A DNA stretch of 64,000 bases, from positions 384,001-448,000 of the forward strand of contig CAWGMK010000013.1 in the NCBI GenBank assembly GCA_963823655.1. Reading direction: 5' to 3'. Under the pieces are notes generated by a model. It saw only the letters and a program-made list of their open reading frames with translations, was not told the origin of the DNA and did not search any database. The stretch is from an uncultured Bacillota bacterium. Its GTDB lineage: Bacteria; Bacillota; DTU025; MWDF01. The stretch's first letter is position 1. Every line of letters begins with the position of its first letter. This document shows positions 30,391-40,665 of the stretch, one piece after another. Position numbers and translations under genes: made by a program.

Positions 30391-31737
30391 TTATATTATG
30401 TCAGCGCCGAGGTCGTAATCCGAAGCGCTCGAAATCCTGACCTTCAACATGGTACCGGCCTTAAGCTCGGCATCCCCGATTAGTATCTTTCCGTCCTCCT
30501 CGGGGGCTTCCGCATACGACCTTGCATCGACGAGCAGGTCCGATTCCTCTGAAGGGCCGTCTACTATGACTAGCGGTTCCTCACCCACCCTGGATTCATT
30601 GTATTCGCGGCTTATGCAAGCAAGCAGGGACATGATCGTCCGCTCCCTGTCTATCTTGGCCTCTTCGGGCACCTGGTCCGGCATGGAGGCGGCGGGCGTA
30701 CCCTCCTCGGGGCTGAATTTGAACACCCCGGCCCTTTGAGGCCTTATCCTCTTTATGAACCCGACCAGCTCCTCGACGTCCTCTTCGGTTTCACCGGGGA
30801 AGCCTACCATGAACGTAGTGCGAATTACGATCTCAGGCCTTGCCGCTCGGAGCCTATCCACCAAGCCTATGATGTCCCCGGAGGTCCCCTTCCTGTTCAT
30901 TGAAGCCAGCACCCTGTCCGAGCCGTGCTGCATAGGAAGGTCGATATAGGGAACAAGCTTTCCTCCGAGCCCATCCTTGAAGAGGCCGACGAGCTCATCG
31001 TCCACTCTTTCAGGATAGGCGTACATGAGCCTTATCCATGTCAAACCTTCGATTTGCGCAAGGGCGCGAATTAGCTCCGCTATCCTGGGTTTCCCGTAAA
31101 GGTCGGTCCCGTATACGGTCGTATCCTGGGCGATAAGGACCAGCTCCTTCACGCCTTTGCCTACGAGTGACTTAGCCTCGGCGACGATCTGCTCGAAAGG
31201 CTTACTAACGAGCCTGCCGCGGATTTCCGGGATCATGCAGTATGAGCACCTGTTGTCGCAGCCGTCGCAAATCTTAAGATAGGCATAGTGACCGGAGCTT
31301 GTGAGCACTCTCTCGGCACCTTCCCCAAGGTAGCCTCTGCCGCCCATCAGTACCTGCTTCTTGCCCAGCGACGCTCCTTTGACGAAATCGGCCACTTTGC
31401 CGTATTCGCCGGGAGATATTATGCCGTCAATTTCGGGCATAAGCTCAGTAAGCTGCGAACCGTACCTGTTGGGCAGGCAGCCTGCCACGAGCACGGCTCC
31501 CACTTCGCCGCGCCGCTTCTGGTCAGAGCACTCCAAGATAACTTCAATGGCTTCCTCGCATGCGCTTTCGAGGAAACTGCAGGTGTTTATAACCACGGCA
31601 TCTGCCTTCTCGCCTTCCGAAACCAGCTCGAGGCCCGCTGCCGCAAGATTTCCGAGTATGTATTCGCTGTCCACCCTGTTCTTGGCACAGCCCAGAGATA
31701 TCATCCGAACCTTCAGACCGCTCATATCTTCCCCCAC
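30391..31737 (-). CDS. rimO: Ribosomal protein S12 methylthiotransferase RimO
   Basis: SLGCAKNRVDSE, NTCSF, GC, CDNRCSYC and C-terminal TRAM domain ending YDL. Confidence 0.94.
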   Translation of the reverse strand: MGEDMSGLKVRMISLGCAKNRVDSEYILGNLAAAGLELVSEGEKADAVVINTCSFLESACEEAIEVILECSDQKRRGEVGAVLVAGCLPNRYGSQLTELMPEIDGIISPGEYGKVADFVKGASLGKKQVLMGGRGYLGEGAERVLTSSGHYAYLKICDGCDNRCSYCMIPEIRGRLVSKPFEQIVAEAKSLVGKGVKELVLIAQDTTVYGTDLYGKPRIAELIRALAQIEGLTWIRLMYAYPERVDDELVGLFKDGLGGKLVPYIDLPMQHGSDRVLASMNRKGTSGDIIGLVDRLRAARPEIVIRTTFMVGFPGETEEDVEELVGFIKRIRPQRAGVFKFSPEEGTPAASMPDQVPEEAKIDRERTIMSLLACISREYNESRVGEEPLVIVDGPSEESDLLVDARSYAEAPEEDGKILIGDAELKAGTMLKVRISSASDYDLGADII

Positions 31738-31997
31738 ACCAAAAGCACGCCCATTATGATCATCGCTGAGCCTGATATGTATTTAAGCACTTTCTCCGGT
31801 ATGAATTTTCCGACTACCCCGCCGGCAAGCACGCCAATTATCGAAGTGGATACCAGTGCGAGCGATGCGCCAAGGAGCACGCCCCATCTAGCGTTGGGCG
31901 TGCATTTCGCGGAAAGTACTAGGGTTGCCAGCTGGGTCTTGTCTCCCAGTTCCGCCAGGAAGACCACAGCGAATGTGCTAAGAGCCATCTTAATCAT
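31722..31997 (-). CDS. Half-size UPF0016 (GDT1/TMEM165) cation transporter
   Basis: FLAELGDKTQL motif; three TM helices. Confidence 0.85.
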   Translation of the reverse strand: MIKMALSTFAVVFLAELGDKTQLATLVLSAKCTPNARWGVLLGASLALVSTSIIGVLAGGVVGKFIPEKVLKYISGSAMIIMGVLLVWGKI

Positions 31998-32014
31998 TAG
32001 TTCCCCTCCGTCAG

Positions 32015-32870
32015 TCAGGCGATCCCGTCGACCGCCAGAGTAAGTTTCATCTCCAGCCTGCTTCTCTCAAGCTTAAGGCCCAGTCCCTTGACTATTCTCT
32101 CATTGTCGCTTCCCTCAGGAATCGTTGTGAAAACCGCCGGCAGGAAACGTGCGGTGGGCACTCTGTATAGCAGCTCCCCCGCTTCGCCGGGCTCGGTCCC
32201 TTCCGTAAACCTCATATCCAGTATCCAGCACAAAGACCTGGTAGAATAAGCCATGTACCCGAACGGAGCCCCGTTTTTCTGGGCAAGGATGCTGATTATG
32301 CCATCCTTCATGTTAGTAAGGCTTTTAAGCTCGCTTTCCCAGAGCGGCTGCTCCCTTTCCCCGATAAAAAGCGAAGAGGCCTCCTCTATTCCCAGGTACG
32401 AGAAGCGCAAGCTGCCCGGATTGCCTCCCCTGATGTGCCCCTCCCAGTGGCCTACCCGCCGTACCTTGGCAAAGCCCATGGAAGCGTAAAGGTTAATGGC
32501 AGCGTCATTGGCCTCGAATACGTGCAAGCCTATCGTGCGACAACCGTCCATCCTTGCCCTTGCTATCGACCACTTCATAAGCCTTCTGCCAATGCCCTTG
32601 CCCCTAAGGCCTGCCTTGACCGCGAGCGACGCAATGTAGCCCCTGTCGGGATCCCTGATGCCTGTCAGCACAACGCCGGCAGGCTCTCCCGACAAATAGG
32701 CGATGCCGGAGTCTCGAGGCTCCACATCAAGCCAGTTTAGGACCCTCCTATAGCCCAAGGGGCCATGCATCAGAACATTCGGCTCGACGTCCTGCCAGCA
32801 TGAATCGAACACGCTGGCGATCTCCTCGTCGCCCATGCTGCTAAGAGGGGCTAATCCTTACGCTATCCAC
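32015..32870 (-). CDS. GNAT-family N-acetyltransferase (possible +1 frameshift at 32847-32850)
   Basis: RGKGIG and N..AINLYASMGF motifs; GTG 32870 joins ORF 32015..32836 if one base of the run is removed. Confidence 0.8.
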
Positions 32871-34698
32871 GGTTTATCCCGGCCTTTCCTTTCTGCCATG
32901 GATTATCGTCGCGCACCATTTCCGGCGGTACAAGGGCCTTCGGCCCATATCCGATCAGGTCCTTGCGGCCTAATATCGAAAGAGCTTCCCTGACGAGGCG
33001 CCTGTTTTGCGGCAGCGACCACTGAAGAAGGGCCCTTTGCATCTCTTTCTCCTTGTCCTTCGCCACATGCACAGGCTTCATCGTAATCGGGTCGATGCCC
33101 GTATGGAACATGGTCGTAGCCTCGGTTCCCGGTGTCGGTGTGAAGTCCTGTACCTGCTCGGGCACGTAGCCCAAGCTGTCTTTCAGGTATAGGGCAAGAT
33201 CAAGCGCGTCTTTCAGCTCAGCCCCCGGATGGCCCGAGATGAAGTATGAGACAAGGTACTGCTCTTTGCCGCACTCCTGGCTGAACTTGCCGAAGAGGCT
33301 GCGGAACCTGTCGTAGTCGTCCCCTGTAGACTTCCTCATAACCGAAAGGACTCCCTCGCTTATATGCTCGGGGGCGACTTTCAGCTGCCCGCTGACATTC
33401 TCCGCTACTATCTGCTTCATCAGGCTCCTGCCCTTGTCCGAACCTAGCAGATAGTCGTACCTGAGGCCGGATCTTACGAACACCTTCCTCACGCCGGGTA
33501 TCTGCCCGGCCTTCCTTAGAAGATCCTCGTATTCATCCTGCCCGTCCTGCATGAAGCGGCATTTGTCTGGCCATACGCAAGCCCTCGCGCCGTCGCAGGA
33601 GATGCCGCTTCCGCATTGCGACATGTAGTAGTTGGCAGTAGGCCCTCCGATGTCGTGGACTATGCCCTTAAACCTCGGATCCCTTGAAAAGGCGTTGATC
33701 TCCCCAAGCACGGACTCCTTGCTCCTGGATTGCATCACGCGGCCCTGATGGGCCCAGAGCGCGCAGAAGGAACATGAGCCGAAGCAGCCCCTGTGGGCCG
33801 TCACGGAGAACAGGACCTCCTCCAGGGCGGGGACTCCGCCTTTGGCGTCGTACATAGGATGCCAGTTCCTCGTGTAGCCCAACGATGCGAACCCGTCCAG
33901 CTCCTGGGTCGTGAGAACGTTCTGCGGGTAAACGACGACGAACCTGTTGGCATGCGGCTGCACAATGGGCCGCGGCGCCTTCCTGAGGCTCTCCTTCATC
34001 TGCGCGGCAAAGCACTCTGCATAGACCTTCTTGTCTCCTGCAACTTCCTCAAAGGACGGGATGAAAAGGCAGTCTCCTTCTGGCTTCCCCGAAACGACGA
34101 CTGCTGTTCCGCCAATCCCCGCAAAACCGGCAAGCCCCGAGTCGGACCTTCTTGCGATCTCTATTATGGCCTTCTCACCCATGCCGTAAACGAGCACGTC
34201 CGCCCTTGAGTCCAGCAGTATGGACCTTCTAACCTTATCGTCCCAGTAGTCATAGTGGGCGAGCCTTCTCATCGAGGCTTCTATGCCGCCGATTACTATG
34301 GGGACTCCCGGCCATGCGCTCCTGGCCCTGTTGGCGTAAACCGTTACCGCCCTGTCGGGCCTTTTTCCTGGCTCACCTGCGGGCGAGAAGCTGTCCTTCT
34401 TCCTTCTGAACTTCATAGGTGAGTAGTTGGAGACCATGGAATCCAGGTTGCCCGATGTGATGCCGCAGAAAAGGCGCGGCTTCGGAATTGCGGCGAAGTC
34501 CTTATCGGACTTGAAATCCGGCTGGGCCAGTATTGCGACTTTATATCCTTTTGATTCAAGAACCCTGCCAATTACGGCTGCGCCGAAGGCAGGGTGGTCT
34601 ACATAAGCATCTCCGGTGACGATAACAATGTCCGGCCTGTCCCATCCCAGGGCGCTTATTTCTGCGGCGCTCGCCGGCAACGGCCTTATTTTCTCCAT
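32863..34698 (-). CDS. YgiQ-family (UPF0313) radical SAM protein
   Basis: GDAYVDHP, GNLDSM, GGIEAS, CFGSCSFC, APEH and QDFTPTP motifs. Confidence 0.92.
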   Translation of the reverse strand: MEKIRPLPASAAEISALGWDRPDIVIVTGDAYVDHPAFGAAVIGRVLESKGYKVAILAQPDFKSDKDFAAIPKPRLFCGITSGNLDSMVSNYSPMKFRRKKDSFSPAGEPGKRPDRAVTVYANRARSAWPGVPIVIGGIEASMRRLAHYDYWDDKVRRSILLDSRADVLVYGMGEKAIIEIARRSDSGLAGFAGIGGTAVVVSGKPEGDCLFIPSFEEVAGDKKVYAECFAAQMKESLRKAPRPIVQPHANRFVVVYPQNVLTTQELDGFASLGYTRNWHPMYDAKGGVPALEEVLFSVTAHRGCFGSCSFCALWAHQGRVMQSRSKESVLGEINAFSRDPRFKGIVHDIGGPTANYYMSQCGSGISCDGARACVWPDKCRFMQDGQDEYEDLLRKAGQIPGVRKVFVRSGLRYDYLLGSDKGRSLMKQIVAENVSGQLKVAPEHISEGVLSVMRKSTGDDYDRFRSLFGKFSQECGKEQYLVSYFISGHPGAELKDALDLALYLKDSLGYVPEQVQDFTPTPGTEATTMFHTGIDPITMKPVHVAKDKEKEMQRALLQWSLPQNRRLVREALSILGRKDLIGYGPKALVPPEMVRDDNPWQKGKAGINRG

Positions 34699-34801
34699 AT
34701 CCACCTCCGCCTCCCATCGCGTTCTTTGCGAGGTCGGCATGTCCTTAACATCAAATATTCCATAAGCCCGGAAACCCATGCTCCAAAGGCCCGCCCGTTG
34801 C

Positions 34802-35611
34802 TCAGAAGGGCTGGTAGCCCGAAGGGAATGAGATGTCCATCACTTTCCTGGAAAGGCCCGGGCTGCCCAAATCCTTGCCGTTATAAATAATGCCGGCTCC
34901 ACCGGCGTTTCCCAGCCGTACCCATATCCCCTGTTCGGCCCTAAGCTCAATGGAGTCCCCGTTCCTGAAAATCCCCTCGCGGACTTTCTCGCCGTCCGCA
35001 TATGCCCTTATCCAGCAATCATCGCTGAAGTTCATCGTCAGGCTGTGGGCGTAAGTCGCCACAGCATCGGTGCCCGAGGGCTCAGCCGCCGTCTGCACCA
35101 CAGGTTCTACGATATCCGCCGTAGGCAGGGAAGGGCTCACATCAGCGGAAGGAGGAGCAACAGGGGCCGCGTCGCCGCCGCCAAGCTTTCCGCCCGAAAG
35201 GAAGAAGACGATGAGCACCAGAGCAGTAAGAGCGATAATGACAAGGGCTGTCAGCAGGGTCCTCTTCCTTGCCGCCTGCCTTCTCATCTGCATGATCCTT
35301 TCCTTCTTCTGCGCCCTGCTTAAAGACGAGGACTCAAGGCCGGGTACTCCGTTTTCCTCATTGAAACCGTTATACCCCACCATCTCCTTGTCCAGCATCT
35401 CGGCCGCCTGCTGGGGGTCCATCCCTAAGAAGGATGCGTAGCTTTTCACATAAAGCTTCACATAGATCTGCCCGGGTATGAGGTTGTAGTTGCCCTTTTC
35501 GACCGCTTCTATATAGGCGGACCTTATAAGAGTCGCGCCCTCCACGTCAGCAAGGCTGGCGCCCATTGCCTGCCTGCGCTCCGCAAGCAGTTCCCCTATC
35601 CTTTTTTGCAC
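34802..35611 (-). CDS. rodZ: RodZ/YmfM-like protein (HTH, TM, DUF4115)
   Basis: IGELLAERR, YVKLYVKSYA, TM helix, CWIR and RLGNAGG motifs; after ftsK. Confidence 0.85.
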   Translation of the reverse strand: MQKRIGELLAERRQAMGASLADVEGATLIRSAYIEAVEKGNYNLIPGQIYVKLYVKSYASFLGMDPQQAAEMLDKEMVGYNGFNEENGVPGLESSSLSRAQKKERIMQMRRQAARKRTLLTALVIIALTALVLIVFFLSGGKLGGGDAAPVAPPSADVSPSLPTADIVEPVVQTAAEPSGTDAVATYAHSLTMNFSDDCWIRAYADGEKVREGIFRNGDSIELRAEQGIWVRLGNAGGAGIIYNGKDLGSPGLSRKVMDISFPSGYQPF

Positions 35612-35631
35612 GCGTCATACCCCCTCGTCGG

Positions 35632-37998
35632 TCATTCCTCTTCCCTGAGCCCTCTTATGAACTCCTCAAGCTGTACGGGGCTCATGAGGATGTTCCTCGA
35701 TTTGCTGCCGTTGTGCGGCCCTATGATGCCCATAAGCTCCATTGTGTCTATGAGCCTCGCGGCCCTGGCGTAGCCCACCCTGTACCTTCTTTGTATCTTC
35801 GATATCGAGGCCTCGCCCGATTTTATTATCAGCCTTGCGGCGTCTTCGAAGAGGTCGTCAGTCACCTCGGCGCTTTCCGACCCGCTCTCCTTCGTTTCCA
35901 GAGGTTTCGCCACATAGACCGGCTCTCCCTGCCCTTTTAGAAAGTCGACCAGAGCAAGCACCTCGGAATCCGAGATGTATGCCCCCTGTATCCTTATAGG
36001 TTTGGGCAGCCCGACGGGATGGAAGAGCATATCCCCCTTGCCGAGCAGCCTCTCGGCGCCGGGCGTATCCAGGATGACCCTGGAGTCTATTTGGGAGGAT
36101 ACCGCAAATGCTATCCTGGACGGGATGTTCGCCTTGATTATCCCCGTCACAATGTCTACCGAGGGCCTCTGGGTCGCCAGTATCAGGTGTATTCCGGCAG
36201 CCCTGGCCATGAACGCCAGCCTGCATATCGCGTCCTCCACATCGTTTTTCGCGACCATCATCAAGTCGGCGAGCTCGTCGAGGATAACGACGATATAGGG
36301 AAGCCTTCTCGGATTAAAAGTGCCGGCCTCCTGATCTGCGCCTATGACCGAGTCGCCGTCGATTATCTGCTCGAGCATGCCCTTTTCCAGCATCTCATTG
36401 TACTGGGAGATATTCCTTGCGCCCGCGATCTGGAAGATGCGGTAGCGGTTCTCCATCTCCTCGCAGACCCATTTCAAATAGCCTGCGGCCTTCTTGGGGT
36501 CGGTCACCACAGGCGCGATAAGGTGCGGGATGCCATTGTAGACTGATAGCTCGACTCTTTTCGGATCTATCATCAGCAGCCTTACATCCTCGGGCGTCGC
36601 CCTGAAAAGAAGGCTTGCTATAATCGTGTTCAAGCAGACGCTCTTGCCCGATCCGGTGGAACCGGCCACTAAAAGATGCAGTATATCGGTAAGGTCGGCC
36701 ACAATGGCATTGCCTGCTATGTCCTTGCCTAAGGCTACGATGAGCCTTCCTTCGGCCTTCTGGTAAGCCTCCGTTTCGAGCACTTCCCTGAAGTAGACGA
36801 AGCCCTTATCCCTGTTGGGTATCTCTACACCGACTGCTGCCTTGCCGGGAATCGGTGCTTCTATTCGGATTCCGGGAGCTGCGAAAGCAAGCGCGATATC
36901 GTCGACGAGGCTTGCTATCCTTGCGACTTTAACGCCGGAGCTGGGCTGGACTTCAAACCTGGTTACAGTGGGCCCCTGGCTTACGCTTACCACCTTCGCC
37001 GAAACACCGAAGGAGTTTAATGTGGCTTCCAGCGTCTTTGACATCTCGATTACATCGTAGCTGTCTCCCTTGACCTTCTTGCGCTGTATGGGGACTCCTA
37101 GTATTGACAGTGGGGGCAGAAGCGGCAGATGCCCCGCCCTGCCCTGCAGGGTCTGTTCGGGCTTGCGCCACTCCTCAAGCCTTTTCTGCCTCGGCTCCCT
37201 TCTTTGCGGGGCCGCCGGCGAGGCCTCATCCTCGGTGGGATCTTTATGGGTTAAGTCATGCCCCTGATCAGCGGTCGGGGCGAATGAAATTGACGGAGTC
37301 TCGGCAGTCTGTGAGCCTATATCATCCAAGCCCTTCCTCTGCAAGCCCTGCTCGGCCTGGCCGGCTGGCTGCTCTAGGAGCTTCAAAACTAGCGACTTGT
37401 AACCGATAACCACAAGCTTCCAAAGCGAGATCAGCCCGTACCAAAAACATGCGAAGACAAAAGTTGCCGCAGTGCTTAGCGGTATATTGGAGAGCACTAC
37501 GAGGCAAATCAGCGCGACTGCCGTATGTAGTATGCCCGATCCTATATGGCCGATAAGTCCGGCCGGCACTGAGGCAAGAAAGCCTCCCATCGCCCCGCCC
37601 GCTTTTCCGTATTCCCCGTACTCACCGCCGATTATCGCAGCGATCGCTGCCGATGAGGCGACAAGCCCTACCAGGGCAAGCAGCCTTAGCGAGCCGAAAT
37701 AGCCCTTCTTTCTGATGAGCATCAGTATGCCGGCATAGCCTAGGGCCGCTGGCAGCACGAATACGGCATAGCCCATTAGCCACTTTAGCCATTTGGACGC
37801 TTTCAGGCCTATAACTCCAATAGAACCGGCAGTAGTGCCGCCGGCTTCGCCGAGCACCAGGAAGACAAGGACAAGAAGGCCCACGGCAAGGCAGGCTATC
37901 CCCATGGCCTCCAGGCCCAGCTGTCCGCCGAGCACTTCCTGGCCCTTGGGACTTGCGGCCTTGATATCCACCCTTCTGCTTCTGCCTTTTAACGCCAA
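35632..37998 (-). CDS. ftsK: DNA translocase FtsK/SpoIIIE
   Basis: N-terminal TM helices, GSTGSGKS, IDPK, DELADLM, ATQRPS and gamma domain (VGYARAARLID). Confidence 0.96.
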   Translation of the reverse strand: MALKGRSRRVDIKAASPKGQEVLGGQLGLEAMGIACLAVGLLVLVFLVLGEAGGTTAGSIGVIGLKASKWLKWLMGYAVFVLPAALGYAGILMLIRKKGYFGSLRLLALVGLVASSAAIAAIIGGEYGEYGKAGGAMGGFLASVPAGLIGHIGSGILHTAVALICLVVLSNIPLSTAATFVFACFWYGLISLWKLVVIGYKSLVLKLLEQPAGQAEQGLQRKGLDDIGSQTAETPSISFAPTADQGHDLTHKDPTEDEASPAAPQRREPRQKRLEEWRKPEQTLQGRAGHLPLLPPLSILGVPIQRKKVKGDSYDVIEMSKTLEATLNSFGVSAKVVSVSQGPTVTRFEVQPSSGVKVARIASLVDDIALAFAAPGIRIEAPIPGKAAVGVEIPNRDKGFVYFREVLETEAYQKAEGRLIVALGKDIAGNAIVADLTDILHLLVAGSTGSGKSVCLNTIIASLLFRATPEDVRLLMIDPKRVELSVYNGIPHLIAPVVTDPKKAAGYLKWVCEEMENRYRIFQIAGARNISQYNEMLEKGMLEQIIDGDSVIGADQEAGTFNPRRLPYIVVILDELADLMMVAKNDVEDAICRLAFMARAAGIHLILATQRPSVDIVTGIIKANIPSRIAFAVSSQIDSRVILDTPGAERLLGKGDMLFHPVGLPKPIRIQGAYISDSEVLALVDFLKGQGEPVYVAKPLETKESGSESAEVTDDLFEDAARLIIKSGEASISKIQRRYRVGYARAARLIDTMELMGIIGPHNGSKSRNILMSPVQLEEFIRGLREEE

Positions 37999-38013
37999 AC
38001 TTATGCCCCCTCT

Positions 38014-38835
38014 TTAGACGCCGGCTATCGAATAAAGCGCTGCATTTAGCGCCGCAACCAGGAATACCCAAATCGCAAACGGCAGGAAGCCGCGGCGTCC
38101 TGCCAGCTTCTTCAGCACCGATATCGCCAGCAGGCCAGTTGCAAGGCTTGCCGCCATGCCGATCAAAGTGTTTGCCAAACTGCCGCCCGTAAACGCCATT
38201 CCCCCATCTGAAAGCTGAAATACGAAAGCCCCCAGGATCACTGGCAGAGATGCCATCATCGAATAATCAATGGCCCATTGGGCTGCAAAGCCGCACATAA
38301 GAGCCGCGGCTATCGTCATGCCCGAGCGCGATATCCCGGGAAGCAGCGCTACTGCCTGTGCGATGCCAATTATCAGGGCCGATGAGAACATCGTGTCCCT
38401 GGAATTGGCGACTCTGCCCTCCCTGCCCCTTGAAACGATTATCAGGACTACGCCTGTCACGCAAAGGAAAGCTGAGATGGCAATCGGGCTCGAAAACGCG
38501 GCCTCAACCCTGTTTTGCAGGAAGAATCCCGCAAGGGCGGCCGGAACAGATGTAAGGGCCAGGAGCAGAACGAGCCTTCCGCCACCTATGCTGTCCCTCT
38601 TCGACTTTGTGCCCACCAGCGGCGAGAACAGGTCCGCGGCATATGAAAGCAGCTGCTTGAAGTAGAAAATCACCACGGCAAGCGCGGTGCCAAGGTGCAC
38701 TGCCGTATCGAAGCCCAGGTCTGTGCCTGTGCCCAGAATTCGCTGCGCAATTGCCAGGTGCCCGGAGCTTGATACCGGCAGGAACTCGGTAAGCCCCTGC
38801 ACTATTCCCAATATCGCGTATTTCAGCTGCTCCAT
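38014..38835 (-). CDS. uppP: Undecaprenyl-diphosphate phosphatase UppP/BacA
   Basis: QGLTEFLPVSSSGHL and PGISRSG motifs. Confidence 0.95.
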   Translation of the reverse strand: MEQLKYAILGIVQGLTEFLPVSSSGHLAIAQRILGTGTDLGFDTAVHLGTALAVVIFYFKQLLSYAADLFSPLVGTKSKRDSIGGGRLVLLLALTSVPAALAGFFLQNRVEAAFSSPIAISAFLCVTGVVLIIVSRGREGRVANSRDTMFSSALIIGIAQAVALLPGISRSGMTIAAALMCGFAAQWAIDYSMMASLPVILGAFVFQLSDGGMAFTGGSLANTLIGMAASLATGLLAISVLKKLAGRRGFLPFAIWVFLVAALNAALYSIAGV

Positions 38836-38887
38836 CAGATATCTCCTCTGCAGAAATCATATTATGAATGAAATGGCCCGCAAGATC

Positions 38888-40555
38888 CTACAGCTCCAAT
38901 ACGTGGGGTATTATGAGCGGTTTCCTGCCGGTGCGCTGCGAGAGGAAATTGACGATGACTTCCTTCATGGTCTCGGCTACCGCGGCGCTTCCCATGCTTG
39001 TCTGCTTCATAAGCGCCTTCCGGCACTCCTTGCCCACTTCCTCGAAAAGCGCCTCGTTCTCCTTCTCGTACACGAACCCCCTTGAGACGATCTCCGGCCC
39101 CTTGAGGAACGCCCCCGTATCCTTGTCGATTACAACTACGGCGACTAGTATGCCGTCGTTTGAAAGCAGCATTCTGTCCCTCAGGACGTACTTGCCGACA
39201 TCGCCCACTCCATATCCGTCAACCATGACGCGCGCCGCCTGCACATGCCCGTTTATCCTGGCCTTGCCGCCTTTCAGCTCGATAACGTCCCCGCTGCCCG
39301 CGATGAGCACGTTCTCCTTGGGAATGCCCATGCGCTGCGCAAGCTTGGCGTGGCTGTACAGGTGGATGTACTCTCCGTGCACAGGCAGGAAGTTCCTGGG
39401 ATTCACAAGGCCTATTACCAGCTTGAGCTCCTCCTGGCTTGCATGGCCTGATACATGGACCTTTGCGTCCCTGCGGCCGATCACCTCGGCACCCAGCTTG
39501 AAGAGGTGGTTCATAGTCTTGTAGACCGACTTCTCATTGCCGGGTATTATGCTTGCCGCGATTATTACGGTGTCGCCCTTCTTAATGGAAGTCCTCTTGA
39601 ACTCGGACATCGCCATCCTGGTGAGCGCCGACGTCGGTTCGCCCTGTGTGCCGGTCGTGATTATCACGACTTCGTTGTCAGGCAGGTCGTCCACCTGGGA
39701 GAGTTCAATCATTACGCCGGGGTACGGCTTGATGTAACCTAACTCCATTGCGATCTTGCTGTTCACTATCAGGCTGCGGCCCGCTATAGCCACTTTCCTG
39801 CCTGTGTCGGCAGCCGCCTGAAGAACCTGCTGTATCCTTGCGACGTGGGAAGCGAAAGTCGCGACCAACACCCTGCCCTCTGCCGCCCTGAACTCCTCAA
39901 GCAGTCCCTCGCCTACGATGCTTTCCGAGCCTGTGTAGCCCGCGTTGATGGCATTGGTGGAATCTGAAAGCATCAGGGCCACGCCCTGCCTGCCAAGCTC
40001 CGCGAAGCGGGTCAAATCCATACGCTTGCCATCGATGGGGGTCTGGTCGATCTTGAAGTCCCCGGTGTGCAATATGAGCCCGGCCCTTGTGCTGACTGCA
40101 ATGCCGAAGCTGTCCGCGATGCTGTGGCAGACGGTGATGAACTCGACCTTCATGCTGCCGGCTTCGATAACGTCGCCACCTTTTATCGACCTGCTGGATG
40201 AGCTTATGAACAGCCCCTGCTCCTTCATCCTGGCGTTGACGAAAGCGATGGTAAGTGCCCCGCCGTAGACCGGCACATCCGGGAGAAACCTGAGCAGGTA
40301 AGGGATCGCCCCTATGTGGTCCTCATGGCCGTGCGTAAGGAACAGCCCTCTGACCTTTGCCCTGTTCTCTAGAATGTAGGAGAAGTCGGGTATGACTATG
40401 TCGACTCCCGGCATGTCCTCCTCTGGGAACATAAGCCCGGCATCGATTATTACCATATCCTCTTCGGTCTCGATCACCGTGCAATTGAGGCCGATCTCAC
40501 CGACGCCCCCCAACGGAATGATCCTGACCGGCAATGATTTTCTTCTTGTGCTCAA
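38888..40555 (-). CDS. rnj: Ribonuclease J
   Basis: PLGGVGEIG, THGHEDHIG, HTGDFK, HVSGHA and PVHGE motifs. Confidence 0.96.
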   Translation of the reverse strand: MSTRRKSLPVRIIPLGGVGEIGLNCTVIETEEDMVIIDAGLMFPEEDMPGVDIVIPDFSYILENRAKVRGLFLTHGHEDHIGAIPYLLRFLPDVPVYGGALTIAFVNARMKEQGLFISSSSRSIKGGDVIEAGSMKVEFITVCHSIADSFGIAVSTRAGLILHTGDFKIDQTPIDGKRMDLTRFAELGRQGVALMLSDSTNAINAGYTGSESIVGEGLLEEFRAAEGRVLVATFASHVARIQQVLQAAADTGRKVAIAGRSLIVNSKIAMELGYIKPYPGVMIELSQVDDLPDNEVVIITTGTQGEPTSALTRMAMSEFKRTSIKKGDTVIIAASIIPGNEKSVYKTMNHLFKLGAEVIGRRDAKVHVSGHASQEELKLVIGLVNPRNFLPVHGEYIHLYSHAKLAQRMGIPKENVLIAGSGDVIELKGGKARINGHVQAARVMVDGYGVGDVGKYVLRDRMLLSNDGILVAVVVIDKDTGAFLKGPEIVSRGFVYEKENEALFEEVGKECRKALMKQTSMGSAAVAETMKEVIVNFLSQRTGRKPLIIPHVLEL

Positions 40556-40665
40556 AAGACCTCCTTGCGCCTTCTCGGCGCTTCGCTCAGTCCACTTCTT
40601 GCGGACATGAACATCAAGCCGACGACGGTTTCCGCCGCGGCCCTGCTAAATGCTATTTACAGGCC

